Assembly: GCA_964016885.1 (NCBI GenBank)
Contig: OZ024763.1
Coordinates: 18,104,001 to 18,168,000 of the forward strand
DNA from: Eledone cirrhosa
Taxonomy: Eukaryota
Length of the DNA: 64,000 bases
Direction of reading: 5' to 3'
In this document: one piece after another, positions 25,696 through 38,294 of the stretch
Layout: the number at the start of each line of letters is the position of its first letter
Numbering within the stretch: position 1 is the stretch's first letter
Notes under the pieces: generated by a model
Databases searched by the model: none
Told to the model about the DNA's origin: nothing
The model's input: only the letters and a program-made list of their open reading frames with translations
Position numbers and translations under genes: made by a program

Positions 25696-27592
25696 TCATC
25701 ATCATCATCATCATCACCGTTTTATGTCCGTTATTCCGCGCTAGCATGGGTTAGATGGGTTGTCCTGTTGTGGGCAATGCCAGGTCAGGTGACCATGTCT
25801 TGCTCATACAGAACTGATTTTGGTTTAATTTCTACAGCTGGATGCTTTTCCTAACACCAACCTTATTTACAGTTGGCACTGGGTACTTTTTGTCATGACA
25901 CCTACATAACCATTTTACAGTATGGACTGGGTGCTCTTTGTCATGACACCTACACAACCACTTTACAGTTGGGACTGGATGCTTTTTGTCGTGACACCTA
26001 CATGATCACTTTACAGTGTGGACTGGGTGCTTTTTGTCATGACACCTACACAACCACTTTACAGTTGGGACTGGATGCTTTTTGTCGTGACACCTACATG
26101 ATCACTTTACAGTGTGGACTGGGTGCTTTTTGTCATGACACCTACACAACCACTTTACAGTTGGGACTGGATGCTTTTTGTCGTGACACCTACATGATCA
26201 CTTTACAGTGTGGACTGGGTGCTTTTTGTCATGACACCTACACAACCACTTTACAGTTGGGACTGGATGCTTTTTGTCATGACACTTACACAACCACTTT
26301 ACAGTATGGACTGGGTGCTTTTTGTCATGACACTTACACAACCACTTTACAGTATGGACTGGGTGCTTTTTGTCATGACACCTACACAACCACTTTACAG
26401 TATGGACTGGGTGCTTTTTGTCATGACACTTACACAACCACTTTACAGTATGGACTGGGTGCTCTTTGTCGTGACACCTACACAACCACTTTACAGTTGG
26501 GACTGGATGCTTTTTGTCGTGACACCTACATGATCACTTTACAGTGTGGATTGGGTGCTTTTTGTCGTGACACTTACACAACCACTTTACAGTGTGGACT
26601 GGATGTTTTTTGTCGTGACACCTACATGATCACTTTACAGTGTGGATTGGGTGCTTTTTGTCGTGACACCTACACAACCACTTTACAGTTGGGACTGGAT
26701 GCTTTTTGTCATGACACCTACATGATCACTTTACAGTTGGGACTGGATGCTTTTTGTCGTGACACCTACATGATCACTTTACAGTGTGGATTGGGTGCTT
26801 TTTGTCGTGATACCTACATGATCACTTTACAGTATGGACTGGGTGCTTTTTGTCATGACACCTACACAACCACTTTACAGTTGGGACTGGATGCTTTTTG
26901 TCGTGACACCTACATGATCACTTTACAGTGTGGACTGGGTGCTTTTTGTCGTGACACCTACACAACCACTTTACAGTGTGGACTGGATGTTTTTTGTCGT
27001 GACACCTACATGATCACTTTACAGTGTGGATTGGGTGCTTTTTGTCGTGACACCTACATGATCACTTTACAGTGTGGATTGGGTGCTTTTTGTCGTGACA
27101 CCTACACAACCACTTTACAGTTGGGACTGGATGCTTTTTGTCGTGACACCTACATGATCACTTTACAGTGTGGATTGGGTGCTTTTTGTCGTGATACCTA
27201 CATGATCACTTTACAGTATGGACTGGGTGCTTTTTGTCATGACACCTACACAACCACTTTACAGTTGGGACTGGATGCTTTTTGTCATGACACCTACATG
27301 ATCACTTTACAGTGTGGACTGGGTGCTTTTTGTCATGACACCTACACAACCACTTTACAGTGTGGACTGGATGTTTTTTGTCGTGACACCTACATGATCA
27401 CTTTACAGTGGGAGAAGGTGAGGGCATACTGTCTATACACTTCAGCTTCGGCTTGTACCCGTGGGAAGTAGGGTCTTCCGTATTACTGTGTAACGCCAGA
27501 GGTCTCGCTCCTGTGTCATCGCCTTTGAGAGGTGCAATTGGGCAAGGTCAGCTTTTATCACCTCATCCCAGGTCTTCTTGGGTCTCCCCACT
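25696..27592 (-). mobile_element. Composite retroelement: RTE C-terminus + about 32 x 48-bp VNTR + alternative RTE-type tail with (ATG)n
   Basis: Minus strand GRPKKTWDEVIKADLAQLHLSKAMTQERDLWRYTVIRKTLLPTGTSRS*, then the array (25866-27410), then AGGAAAAGCATCCAGCTGTAG...CTAACCCATGCTAGC...(GAT)n. Confidence 0.8.
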
Positions 27593-27800
27593 CCATGGCT
27601 TCCATCGACTTTTAATGCTCCAATATTTTCATGGTAAAAGCTTTATCTCACATAATTATACCTTCACATAAGTTTGAACGGCTGGTTATGGCCAGTTTGA
27701 GCGGCTGGTTATAGCTAGTTTGAACAGAAAGAGAATTCTGGCTGGATTTAAATGCTAAAGGGTTAAAATCTTCCAACATAATTTTATATAAGAACCTTAC

Positions 27801-28042
27801 GTTAACCCTTTAGTTTACCAACCCAACCAAAACCAGTTCTGGTTCTATGAATGAAAGCCACCCATTTTAAAGGTTTCCAAGTTGAATTAAAATCTTCCAA
27901 CATAATTTTATATAATAACCTTACATTAAGTTACTTTCTTAGCAATGAAATAATTAAAAATGTTAGTAATTCCCTCAAAATTCTTCATTTATTAATTAAA
28001 ATAGAATGCATTTCAATAGAAATGTGGTCAAGAAAGGGTTAA
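27801..28042. mobile_element. piggyBac-like MITE
   Basis: TTAACCCTTT...AAAGGGTTAA termini. Confidence 0.6.
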
Positions 28043-28071
28043 GGGTTGAAGATGAGCAATTTTCTTTTCAG

Positions 28072-28161
28072 CGAAGCCCTGATTAACTTTTTCACGTTTC
28101 ACCTGAAGAGAAAAATGAAGGTGAAGAGAGAAGTGCTGCCTTCCAACAAATCTGTTGAAAG
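28072..28161 (+). other. Candidate exon, possibly a 5' exon of the downstream cornifelin-like gene
   Basis: TTTTCTTTTCAG acceptor and AAG|GTGAGT donor in unique sequence; contains an ATG at 28115. Confidence 0.4.
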
Positions 28162-28529
28162 GTGAGTGAGAGTGGGACGCATGGTCCAAGTGAATGGGCT
28201 TGCTGGTGTTTGGAACATAACTTAACAAAGGTTCTTACATAAAATTATAATTGTTTCTACTTTTGGCACAAGGCCAGCAATTACTCCAATGCATTACTGG
28301 TACTTTATTTTATCGACCCTGTAAAGATGAAAGGCAAAGTTAAACCTCGGCGGGATTTGAACTCAGAACATAAAGGGCCATAACTCTATGCTGCAAAGCA
28401 TAGTGTCTTACATGAAATTATAATGAAAGGTTTTTAGATAAATATAAAGCTCTTTGAATTGATCAACTTTATAACATAAAACCAAAGGTGGTTTTGGGCA
28501 GTTTGATTTCAAAAGGTTAAAACAGTTTT

Positions 28530-29832
28530 AAATCATAGAACCAGGGGTGGTATCAGGTGGTTTGGTATGAAATGGGTGAAAACAGTTTTGTATCATAGAA
28601 CCAGAGGTGGTTTCACATGGTTTGGTATCATAGAACCAGAGGTGGCTTCACATGGTTTGGTATCATAGAACCAGAGGTGGTTTCACATGGTTTGGTATCA
28701 TAGAACCAGAGGTGGTTTCACATGCTTTGGTAACAAACAGTTTTGTATCATAGAACCAGAGGTGGTTTCACATGGTTTGGTATCATAGAACCAGAGGTGG
28801 TTTCACATGCTTTGGTAACAAACAGTTTTGTATCATAGAACCAGAGGTGGTTTCACATGCTTTGGTAACAAACAGTTTTGTATCATAGAACCAGAGGTGG
28901 TTTCACATGGTTTGGTATCATAGAACCAGAGGTGGTTTCACATGCTTTGGTAACAAACAGTTTTGTATCATAGAACCAGAAGTGGTTTCACATGGTTTGG
29001 TATCATAGAACCAGAGGTGGTTTCATATGGTTTGGTATCAAACAGTTTTATATCATAGAACCAGAGGTAGTTTCACATGGTTTGGTATCAAACAGTTTTA
29101 TATCATAGAACCAGAGGTAGTTTCACATGGTTTGGTATCAAACATTTTGATATCATAGAACCAGAGGTGGTTTCATATGGTTTGGTATCAACCATTTTGA
29201 TATCATAGAACCAGAGGTGGTTTCATATGGTTTGGTATCATAGAACCAGAGGTGGTTTCATATGGTTTGGTATCAACCATTTTGATATCATAGAACCAGA
29301 GGTGGTTTCATATGGTTTGGTATCATAGAACCAGAGGTGGTTTCATATGGTTTGGTATCAAACAGTTTTATATCATAGAACCACAGGTGGTTTCACATGG
29401 TTTGGTATCATAGAACCAGAGGTGGTTTCAGCAGTTTTGTATCATAGAACTAGGGGTGGTTTTATGCTGGTTTGATATATTAGAACCAGGGGTGGTTTCG
29501 GGAGTTTCGTATATTAGAACCAGGGGTGGTTTCGGGAGTTTGGTATCATAGAACTATGGGTGATTTTAGGTGGTTTGGTATATTAGAACCAGGGGTGGTT
29601 TCGGGAGTTTGGTATATTAGAACCAGGGGTGGTTTCGGGAGTTTGGTATATTAGAACCAGGGGTGGTTTCGGGAGTTTGGTATATTAGAACCAGGGGTGG
29701 TTTCGGGAGTTTGGTATATTAGAATCAGGGGTGGTTTCGGGAGTTTGGTATATTAGAACCAGGGGTGGTTTCGGGAGTTTGGTATCATAGAACTATGGGT
29801 GATTTTAGGTGGTTTGGTATCAAAAGGATTAA
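28530..29832. repeat. 35/50-bp minisatellite
   Basis: Unit TATCATAGAACCAGAGGTGGTTTCACATGGTTTGG and variants; the reverse complement matches the MITE subterminal sequence at 27815-27850. Confidence 0.9.
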
Positions 29833-30096
29833 ATTGCTCCAACCCAAATGCATACAAAACCTGACTCCATTGAAATTCATCTCAAATAACCAGACTCCTG
29901 TGTTTATGTTTTTGGTAAAGGAGAATAAATTAAAAAAAAATAAATAAAGGAAATAAAATAAAAAGAAAATAAATAATTAAAAAATGACAACAGAGAAAGG
30001 TCATTTAAAAGGTCAACTAAGGTGGAAGATATGGGATCTATGCTAATCTTACAACACTATAGATATATGATATACTGTATGTATGTATCTATATAT

Positions 30097-30129
<33 letters not shown>

Positions 30130-30413
30130 TTTTTAATACATTAAATGTGTGTGTATATACATTATGTGTGTGTATGTATGTATATATATATATGTATATA
30201 TACAATTCTTTCTTGAATTTTTGATTCTCTAATTATATGATGAGGTATATCAAATACATATTTATATACACATCTATCTATTTATCTATATATATATATA
30301 TATATATTTATATAAATAGATAGATGTGTATATAAATATATATTTGATATACCTCGTCATATAATTAGAGAATCAAAAATTCAAAAAAGAATTGTATATA
30401 TACATATAATGTA

Positions 30414-30448
<35 letters not shown>

Positions 30449-30505
30449 GACACATACATACAGTATATCATATATCTATAGTGTTGTAAGATTAGCATAG
30501 ATCCC

Positions 30506-30560
<55 letters not shown>

Positions 30561-30954
30561 ACAGAAAAAACAACATATAATGAGATTCAATGAAGATATA
30601 TATATTAGTTTTACACTTAATATTGAAGGAATAGTCTTAACGTTTTGGATGCTAGTCCTTCATCAGAATATAAAGTGAGAAATCAAAGAAGAAAGATAGA
30701 AGAGTTGATATATATATATATATATATATAATAAAGAAGGTGTAGTAAGATACCAGGTGGACCATAACGTACCAGAGTACTCGATACATAGGGTAGTAGA
30801 GTGGGTAATTGGAAAAGAGTCAGGAACCTTATGGCTGAGCTCCAGCCATTTCGACAGCTAGATCCGAACAGTTCCGATGTAGCTGCCAAAACAGCCGGAG
30901 CTCAGCTGTCGGGGTCCTGGCTCTTTTCCTATATATATATATATATTTTTTAGG

Positions 30955-31178
30955 AACGATCGACTTTCGTCAAATCGGACCGAGGAAACAATGTTTCCGT
31001 TGGTCTTTCCAGTTGCTAATACTATCTATTGGTCACAACTCCAGGTAGAAGGAGCAACATGAAATAAAGTGTCTTGCTCAAGGACATAACGCATCGCCCG
31101 GTCCAGGAATCGAACTCACAACCTCACGATTGTGAATCCAATTCTCTAACCACTGAGCCACACGCCTTCACACATATA

Positions 31179-31214
<36 letters not shown>

Positions 31215-31534
31215 TGTATGTATGTATGTATGTATGTATGTATGTATGTATGTATGTATGTATGTATGTATGTATGTATGTATGTATGTATGTATGTATG
31301 TATGTATGTATGTATATCGACAGTCAATAGACTTTCATCAAATCGGACTGAGGAAACAATGTTTCCATTGGTCTTTCCAACTGCCAATACTCTCTATTGG
31401 TTGTAACTCCAGGTAGGAGTAAAGCGAAATAAAGTATCTTGTTCAAGGGCATAACGCATTGCCTGGTCCAGCAATCGAACTCACAACCTCACAATTGTGA
31501 ATCCAATTCTCTAACCATTTAGCCACGTGCCTTC
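30955..31534 (-). mobile_element. Two SINE family C copies separated by (TATG)n
   Basis: Reverse complement of 22091-22303. Confidence 0.85.
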
Positions 31535-31551
31535 ACATATATACAGTATAT

Positions 31552-32300
31552 ATGTTGTTATACTTTGGGAGGGTCATTGCTGCCAATAAAAACACACACA
31601 CTTTTTGGTTTTCATTTCAATTTATTATAAATTTCCTGTTGGTTGGTTGGATAACCGGAAGGTTGTTTATATATTGTCAAATCTCTTTCATCACACATTC
31701 TGTGACCTCCTTAGTGACTAGGTTTTTATTGTGTCTCCTTTGTTCTGTCCTCCACCATCTTGTTTTTGTGTGTTGTGTGTTGTATGCTTAGTTTACACAT
31801 GTGTTACATCTGAGTGTGTGTTTCTATTTATTTATGTGTTTATTTACTTGTCACTAGTTGGTTGTTTGTTCTGTCTGCATGTGTCTGGTTTGTTTTATTA
31901 GTTTGGTTCTTGTGTCTGTCTGTATGTCTTCATCTTCTCCTTAATTACTAGTTGTGATGTTGTTGCTATTCCACTCATGTTTTCTGTTTAGTTTTGGTTG
32001 GACTTCATTTATGTTTGTCACTTCTGTAATCTGTCAAATCATTGCATCTTTTCTGTGTGTGGATACAATTTTTATCTCTGTTCTCTAATGTGCCCCTATG
32101 TGTTCTATTTTGAAATGTTGGTGGAGTACTGATGAGTTTTTCCCATCTTGGAGTTCTCGCCAGTGTTCATTTATCCTTTCTCCTATGCTATGGGCTGTTT
32201 CCCCTATGTATGTTGTGTTCTTATTCCCACACTGTCCCTCAGTACATCTTATGTTATATACGACGTTCCTAGTTTTGAAGTTAGTTGTGGACTGCAAATA
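31552..32300 (-). mobile_element. Penelope-like element 3' fragment with GIY-YIG endonuclease remnant
   Basis: TRNVVYNIRC...C...TYIGETAHSIGERINEH...SSVLHQHF is the Penelope GIY-YIG signature; the terminus TGACCCTCCCAAAGTATAACAA is shared with 5450 and 15191-15373. Confidence 0.85.
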
Positions 32301-33061
32301 AAAAGGAATAAATGAAAAAGCATATAAATGGATAAATATAATTATTTTATTTGAAAACCTTTTTCTGACTCATTAAATAAAAAACTACTTGGCAGAAGGT
32401 TAGACAGCTGAGAAAGATTTTGAAGTTCGTTGAAATTAATAATGACCCTTACGACCTTCCATACTTACTGTTGTCCTAGTTTGTTTAGTTCTTGTGACTG
32501 GTGCGTGTGTGTGTTAGATGTGTGTTTGTGTTCTTGGTGTGCGTGTGTGTTTTAGTGGTATGTGTGGGTAGGTGATAGTAATGTGTGTGTGTTTTAGGGG
32601 TGTGTGTGTTAGGAATGTGTGTGTGTATATGTATTAATGGTGTGTGTATGTATATGTATTAATAGTGTGTGCGTGTTAGTGAAGTGCATGTTTGTGTGTG
32701 TGTGTGTTAATGAGTTCTCATGGGAAAGAAAACATTCTCTAGGATGTGTGTGTACATGTGTTCTTGCACATGTATGTGTATGTGCACCTGTGTTTATGTA
32801 TGTGTGTGCACTTGTGTGTATGTGTGCTTGTGCATGTATGTGTGTATATGTACATGTGTATTTATGTGTGTGTGCACATGTATTTATGTATGTGTGCATG
32901 TGTATTTATGTGTGTGTGTGTGTGTGCATGTGTATTTATGTATGTGTGTGTGTGTGCATGTGTATTTATGTATGTGTGCATGTGTATTTATGTGTGTATG
33001 TGTGTGTGCTTGTGTATTTATGTGTGTTATATTTGATGGGTGTGTATATATATATATATAT

Positions 33062-33400
33062 GGAGGCACATGGCTTAGTGGTTAGAGCATTGGCCTTGCA
33101 ATCGAAAGGTTGTGAGTTCAATTCTCAGACCGGGTGATGTGTTGTTTCCTTGAGCAAGGCACTTTATTTCACATTGCTCCAGTTTACTCAGCTGTAGAAA
33201 TGAGATGATAGGGACTGGGGTCCCTATCATTCCACTGCAAAGTTGTCGTGGAGGCGCCACGGCAAAAAAGCACCCAGCACTCACTGTAAATGAGGTTGGT
33301 GTTAGGAAGGGCATCCAGCTGTAGAAATCAACCCAGAATCAGTTCCCATCCTACCTTTGCAAGCAGGGAAAAGTGGACGTAAAATGATGATGATGATGAT
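33062..33400 (+). mobile_element. SINE family A, full length
   Basis: Near-identical to 15388-15721. Confidence 0.9.
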
Positions 33401-33461
33401 TATATATATATATACACACACATCCATTCACATCAAATACATGTTTCTTTGAGGTTGGTTG

Positions 33462-33528
33462 AATGATATACACATCTTCTGATGAGAATCCAATAAGATC
33501 TGAAAATCGATTAAAGGTGTTTATCATT
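33462..33528 (+). ncRNA. Minimal type I hammerhead ribozyme motif
   Basis: ACATCTT-CTGATGA-gaatccaataagatct-GAAA-ATCGAT-TA-AAGGTGT; palindromic stem III, stem I extended by AATGATA/TATCATT. Confidence 0.75.
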
Positions 33529-33529
33529 A

Positions 33530-33797
33530 TTAGGGTCGGACGCCATGCTTTCCAGCATAGTTACGTCCCTTTACAATCTGAGTTCAAATCCCGCCGAGGT
33601 TGACTTTGCCTTTCATCCTTACGGGGTCGATAAAATAAAGTACCAGTAATACACTGGGGTAATTGCTGGCCTTGTGCCAAAAGTAGAAACAATTATTTTA
33701 TAAACTTTGCCTTTCATCCTTACGGGGTCGATAAAATAAAGTACCAGTAATGCACTGGGTAATTGCTGGCCTTGTGCCTAAAGTAGAAACAATTATT
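33530..33797 (+). mobile_element. Two 5'-truncated SINE family B copies
   Basis: Family B body and tail. Confidence 0.85.
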
Positions 33798-34311
33798 TCA
33801 ATTAACAGGGAAATTAGAATGTTCTGGCATGTTTATATATCTACATATTAGATATGTGTGTATATATGATATATATACACACACATTGGTGCAGTCTTGG
33901 TTACACACTCTGTATGAATACCGATGTAACTTTATTGTACAATTTGGCTGCTAGTGCACTTTTTACTATATATATATATATATATACATACATCATCATC
34001 ATCATCATCATCACCGTTTTACATCTGTTCTTCCACGCTAGCATGGGTTAGACGGGTTGTCCTGTTGTGCGCAGTGTCCGGTTGGCTGACCTTTTCTTGC
34101 TCATATGGGAACTGATTCTGGCTTGATTTCTACAGCTGGATGCCCTTCCTAACACCAACCTCATATAAATCATCATCATCATCTTCGTTTAACGTCCATC
34201 TTCCACGCTAGCATGGGTTAGACGGAAGTTGTCCCACTTGAGGCAAGGCTGGTCGGGTGACCGTGTCTCGCTCATATAGGACTATCTGGCAGGTTTTCTA
34301 CGGCTGGATGC

Positions 34312-34369
<58 letters not shown>

Positions 34370-34729
34370 ATATACACACACGCGTGTGTATGTGTGTGTC
34401 TTGGGCGTGTATGTATCTGTGGGTGGTAGGTATATATATGTGTGTGTGTGTAGATGGGTGTGGGTGTGTAGTGTGTGTATGTGTGGGTGTGTAGAGTGTG
34501 TATATGTATGTGTGTATATGTGTGGTGTGTATATCTATGTATGGGAGGCGGGGAGATGTATATATATATATATATATGTGTGGGAGGTAGGTATATATAT
34601 ATATATATGTGTGTGTGTGTATGTATGTGGGTGTATTTATGTATGTATGTGTGGGTCTGTATGTATATATATTTATATATATGTAGATAAATCTACCAAA
34701 ATGAAGAACTCAATAAATATCATTATTTC

Positions 34730-34880
34730 TGATGCTTTCCAGCATAGTTACGTCCCTTTATGATCTGAGTTCAAATCCCGCCGAGGTTCACTTTGCCTAT
34801 CATCCTTACGGGGTCGATAAAATAAAGTACCAGTAATGCACTGGGTAATTGCTGGCCTTGTGCCTAAAGTAGAAACAATT
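34730..34880 (+). mobile_element. 5'-truncated SINE family B with TSD ATTATTTCTGA
   Basis: Direct repeat on both sides of the insertion. Confidence 0.8.
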
Positions 34881-35007
34881 ATTTCTGAAGACAGCATCTA
34901 TATGTGTAGGCATGTATATTCCTTCTGATAGTTTGTAAAAATGTTTACATAGATCTATAGGATATACATACCAACACTAACATATATCCTAGAAACGATA
35001 GTAAAAT
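34881..35007 (+). ncRNA. Type I hammerhead ribozyme motif with about 100-nt stem II
   Basis: ATTT-CTGAAGA...GAAAC-gata-GTA-AAAT; ATATGT/ACATAT and GGCATGTATATTCCT/AGGATATACATACC pair within stem II. Confidence 0.6.
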
Positions 35008-35115
35008 GATGAATTTTTTAATATAAGGAACTGTTTCTTTGTTTATTCATTATTTTTATTAATTTATATTTATATATATATATATATATATAATATATAT
35101 ATATATAATATATAT

Positions 35116-35146
<31 letters not shown>

Positions 35147-35147
<1 letters not shown>

Positions 35148-35612
35148 GTATGATGCCTGTGTGAGGAGCGCGATGCTGCATGGTAGTGAGACATGGGCAG
35201 CTACCGCAGAAGATATGCGACGGCTGGAGAGAAATGAGGCAAGCATGCTCCGTTGGATGTGCAGTGTAAATGTGCGTGAACGACCCAGCATAAATGTGTT
35301 GAGAGAGAAACTGTGTCTGAGAGGGATAGAATGTAGTGTACGGGAGGGAAGACTGAGGTGGTATGGCCATGTGATGCGCATGGAGGATGACCGATGGGTG
35401 AAGAAGTGCCAGGAAATGCCAGTTGAAGGAAGACGTGGTAGAGGTAGACCACGAAAAACATGGGTGGAGGTGGTGAGAACAGACCTCAGATCATTGAAGC
35501 TCACGGTGGAGATGACGAAGGACCGTGATGAGTGGAGAGATGCTGTGCTGAATAAGACCCGTCCCACCCTTGCAAGCAGGGAAGAGCGGACGTAAAATGA
35601 TGATGATGATGA
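35147..35612 (+). mobile_element. 5'-truncated RTE-clade LINE (intact C-terminal ORF portion and (ATG)n tail)
   Basis: MLHGSETW...LERNEASMLRWMC...RLRWYGHVMR...RGRGRPRKTW is the RTE post-RT region. Confidence 0.92.
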
Positions 35613-35684
35613 TATATATATACTAACACCAGCTACAATTGCCAGATGTCTGCAATAAAACATTCTATGGAACATCTCATCCCA

Positions 35685-37131
35685 TTGTTGTTGCTGGTGT
35701 TGTTGGTGTTGGTGGTGGTGTTGTTGGTGTTGTTGTTGCTGGTATTGGTGGTGGTGGTGTTGGTGTTGTTGCTGGTATTGGTGTTGGTGTTGTTGTTGCT
35801 GGTATTGGTGGTGGTGGTGTTGGTGTTGTTGTTGCTGGTATTGGTGGTGGTGTTGTTGTTGCTGGTGTTGGTGTTGTTGGTGTTGTTGTTGCTGGTATTG
35901 GTGGTGGTGGTGTTGGTGTTGTTGTTGCTGGTATTGGTGGTGGTGGTGTTGGTGTTGTTGTTGCTGGTATTGGTGTTGGTGTTGTTGTTGCTGGTATTGG
36001 TGTTGGTGTTGTTGGTGTTGTTGTTGCTGGTATTGGTGGTGGTGGTGTTGGTGTTGTTGTTGCTGGTATTGGTGGTGGTGGTGTTGGTGTTGTTGTTGCT
36101 GGTATTGGTGTTGGTGTTGTTGTTGCTGGTATTGGTGTTGGTGTTGTTGTTGCTGGTATTGGTGTTGGTGTTGTTGTTGCTGGTATTGGTGGTGGTGGTG
36201 TTGGTGTTGTTGTTGCTGGTATTGGTGTTGGTGTTGTTGTTGCTGGTATTGGTGTTGGTGTTGTTGTTGCTGGTATTGGTGTTGGTGTTGTTGTTGCTGG
36301 TATTGGTGTTGGTGTTGTTGTTGCTGGTATTGGTGTTGGTGTTGCTGTTGTGTTGTTGGTGTTGCTGTTGTGTTGTTGTTGCTGTTGTTGTTGTTGTAGC
36401 TGTTGTTGATTGTGTGTGAAATGGGAGCCAGGGAACTATTTAATTAGAGGCCATTGTATATATACCATCATCATCACCATCATCACCATTATCACTGCCA
36501 TCACCATTATCACCACCATCACCACCATCACCACCATCATCACCATCACCACCATCACCACCACCATCATCACCATTATCACTGCCATCACCATTATCAC
36601 CACCATCATCATCACCATTATCACTGCCATCACCATTATCACCATTACCATCACCACCATCACCACCACCATCATCACCACCACCACCATCATCACCACC
36701 ACCATCATCACCACCACCACCACCATCATCACTATCACCACCACCACCACCACCACCTCCACCACCACCACCATCACTGTTTAATGTCTATTTTTCCATG
36801 CTTGCAGTAACATTTGTTCATTGAGGGAGCTGGCTTGTTTTATATATTTAGTTGTTGTTGTTGTTGATTGGTGTTGTTGATTGGTGGTGGTGTTGGTGCT
36901 GGTGTTGTTGTTGCTGCTGCTGCTGCTGTTGTTGGTGTTGTTGTTGTTGTTGTTGCTGCTGATTGGTGTTGTTGTTGCTGCTGATTGGTGTTGTTGTTGT
37001 TGCTGATTGGTGTTGTTGTTGTTGCTGATTGGTGTTGGTGTTGTTGTTGTTTACTTATTTAGGTTGAAAATGCAAAGAGTATTTAGAGGTCACTGTATGG
37101 TGGGGGGGGGGGGGTCATCATTGTTGTGGCG

Positions 37132-37162
<31 letters not shown>

Positions 37163-37335
37163 GGGTGATGGTTGTGGTGGCGGCAGTAGTGACCATTGAG
37201 GTGACGGAAATAGCCATAGTAGTGGTGGCAGTGATGGTGATACTGGTGGTGGTGGTAGTGGTAGTAGTGATCGTGGTGATACTGGTGGAGGCTGAAGTAG
37301 CTGTAGTAGTAGTAGTAGTATTGGTGATGGTGGCA
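35685..37335. repeat. Triplet low-complexity tracts (GTT/GGT, ATC/ACC, GTA)
   Basis: Direct reading. Confidence 0.9.
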
Positions 37336-37440
37336 GTGGGGAGAGAGAGAATCTGCATGGGTGTTTATTGTAGAAACTGAAGACTTCCAATGTACTTTTA
37401 TGATAATATCTGATGGGAAAGGTTCCCTGCCAACTTTGAT

Positions 37441-37488
<48 letters not shown>

Positions 37489-37492
<4 letters not shown>

Positions 37493-37790
37493 TCATCATC
37501 ATCATCATCATCATCACCGTTTTACGTCCGTTCTTCCATGCTAGCATGGGTTAGACGGGTTGTCCTGTTGTGGGCAGTGTCTGGTTGGCTGACCATGCCT
37601 TGCTCATACAGGAACTGATTTGGCTTGATTTCTACAGCTGGATGCCCTTCCTAACACCAACCTCATTTACAGTGAGTGCTGGGTGCTTTTTTGCCGTGGC
37701 GCCTACACGACCACTTTACAGTGTGGGCTGGGTGCTTTTTTGCCGTGTCACCTCCACGACCACCTTGCGGTGGGGGGTGTGGGGGCATTA
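37489..37790 (-). mobile_element. Low-copy version (2 x 48-bp unit) of the composite VNTR element
   Basis: Same tail as 25696-25866, two 48-bp units, then the G-rich GGGGCAT junction also seen at 1512-1533. Confidence 0.7.
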
Positions 37791-38169
37791 TATATATATA
37801 TATGTATATATATATATTTATAACAAAGGAAATGTGATAAGGAACCAGGTGGACCATAACGCACCAAAGTACTCAATACTTAGGGTAGTAGAGTGGGTAA
37901 TGCGAACGAGTAGGACCCCGACGGCTGAGCTCAAGCCGTTTCGACGGCTAATACTGGACTAATATATATATATATATAAATTTTGAGTATGTGTTGGTTG
38001 TTTGCCGACACCTCAGTATGCAAGTAGGAGCACTCAACGGAGTGCGCAGGTTGATTCCAGTTCCTTTGAGGACTAACAACACACCCAGGAGCTGGACATA
38101 TCGATGAATTAATAGGGTAGAACCCATTACAACACCATGTTTTCCTGTTTTTTTTTCTGCCTTAATTCT

Positions 38170-38226
38170 TACTGCCTGATGAGGTCACAGCCAATAACAG
38201 CTGTCACTGAAATATATATAACAGCA
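38170..38226 (+). ncRNA. Degenerate hammerhead ribozyme motif
   Basis: CTGATGAG-gtcACAGC..GCTGTcac-TGAAA-TATATA-TA-acag; mismatches in stems I and II. Confidence 0.5.
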
Positions 38227-38294
38227 AATTGGAATAAACGAAGGCAACTTTAACATGTTTGACTTACACACATTATTTTATATATATATATATA

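Noticed and set aside
25873-27471. 532-aa ORF as a repeat protein
   Set aside because: Non-ATG start, lies antisense within a retroelement VNTR, and the sister array is frameshifted
30631-30670. Minus-strand hammerhead (CTGATGAAGGA...TCCAAAACGTTA)
   Set aside because: GAAA is changed to AAAA and stem I is poor; a remnant at best
35639-36419. Elastin/glycine-rich (VVAGIGVG) structural protein
   Set aside because: Degenerate GTT/GGT triplet expansion open in several frames, with no ATG, signal peptide or splice support
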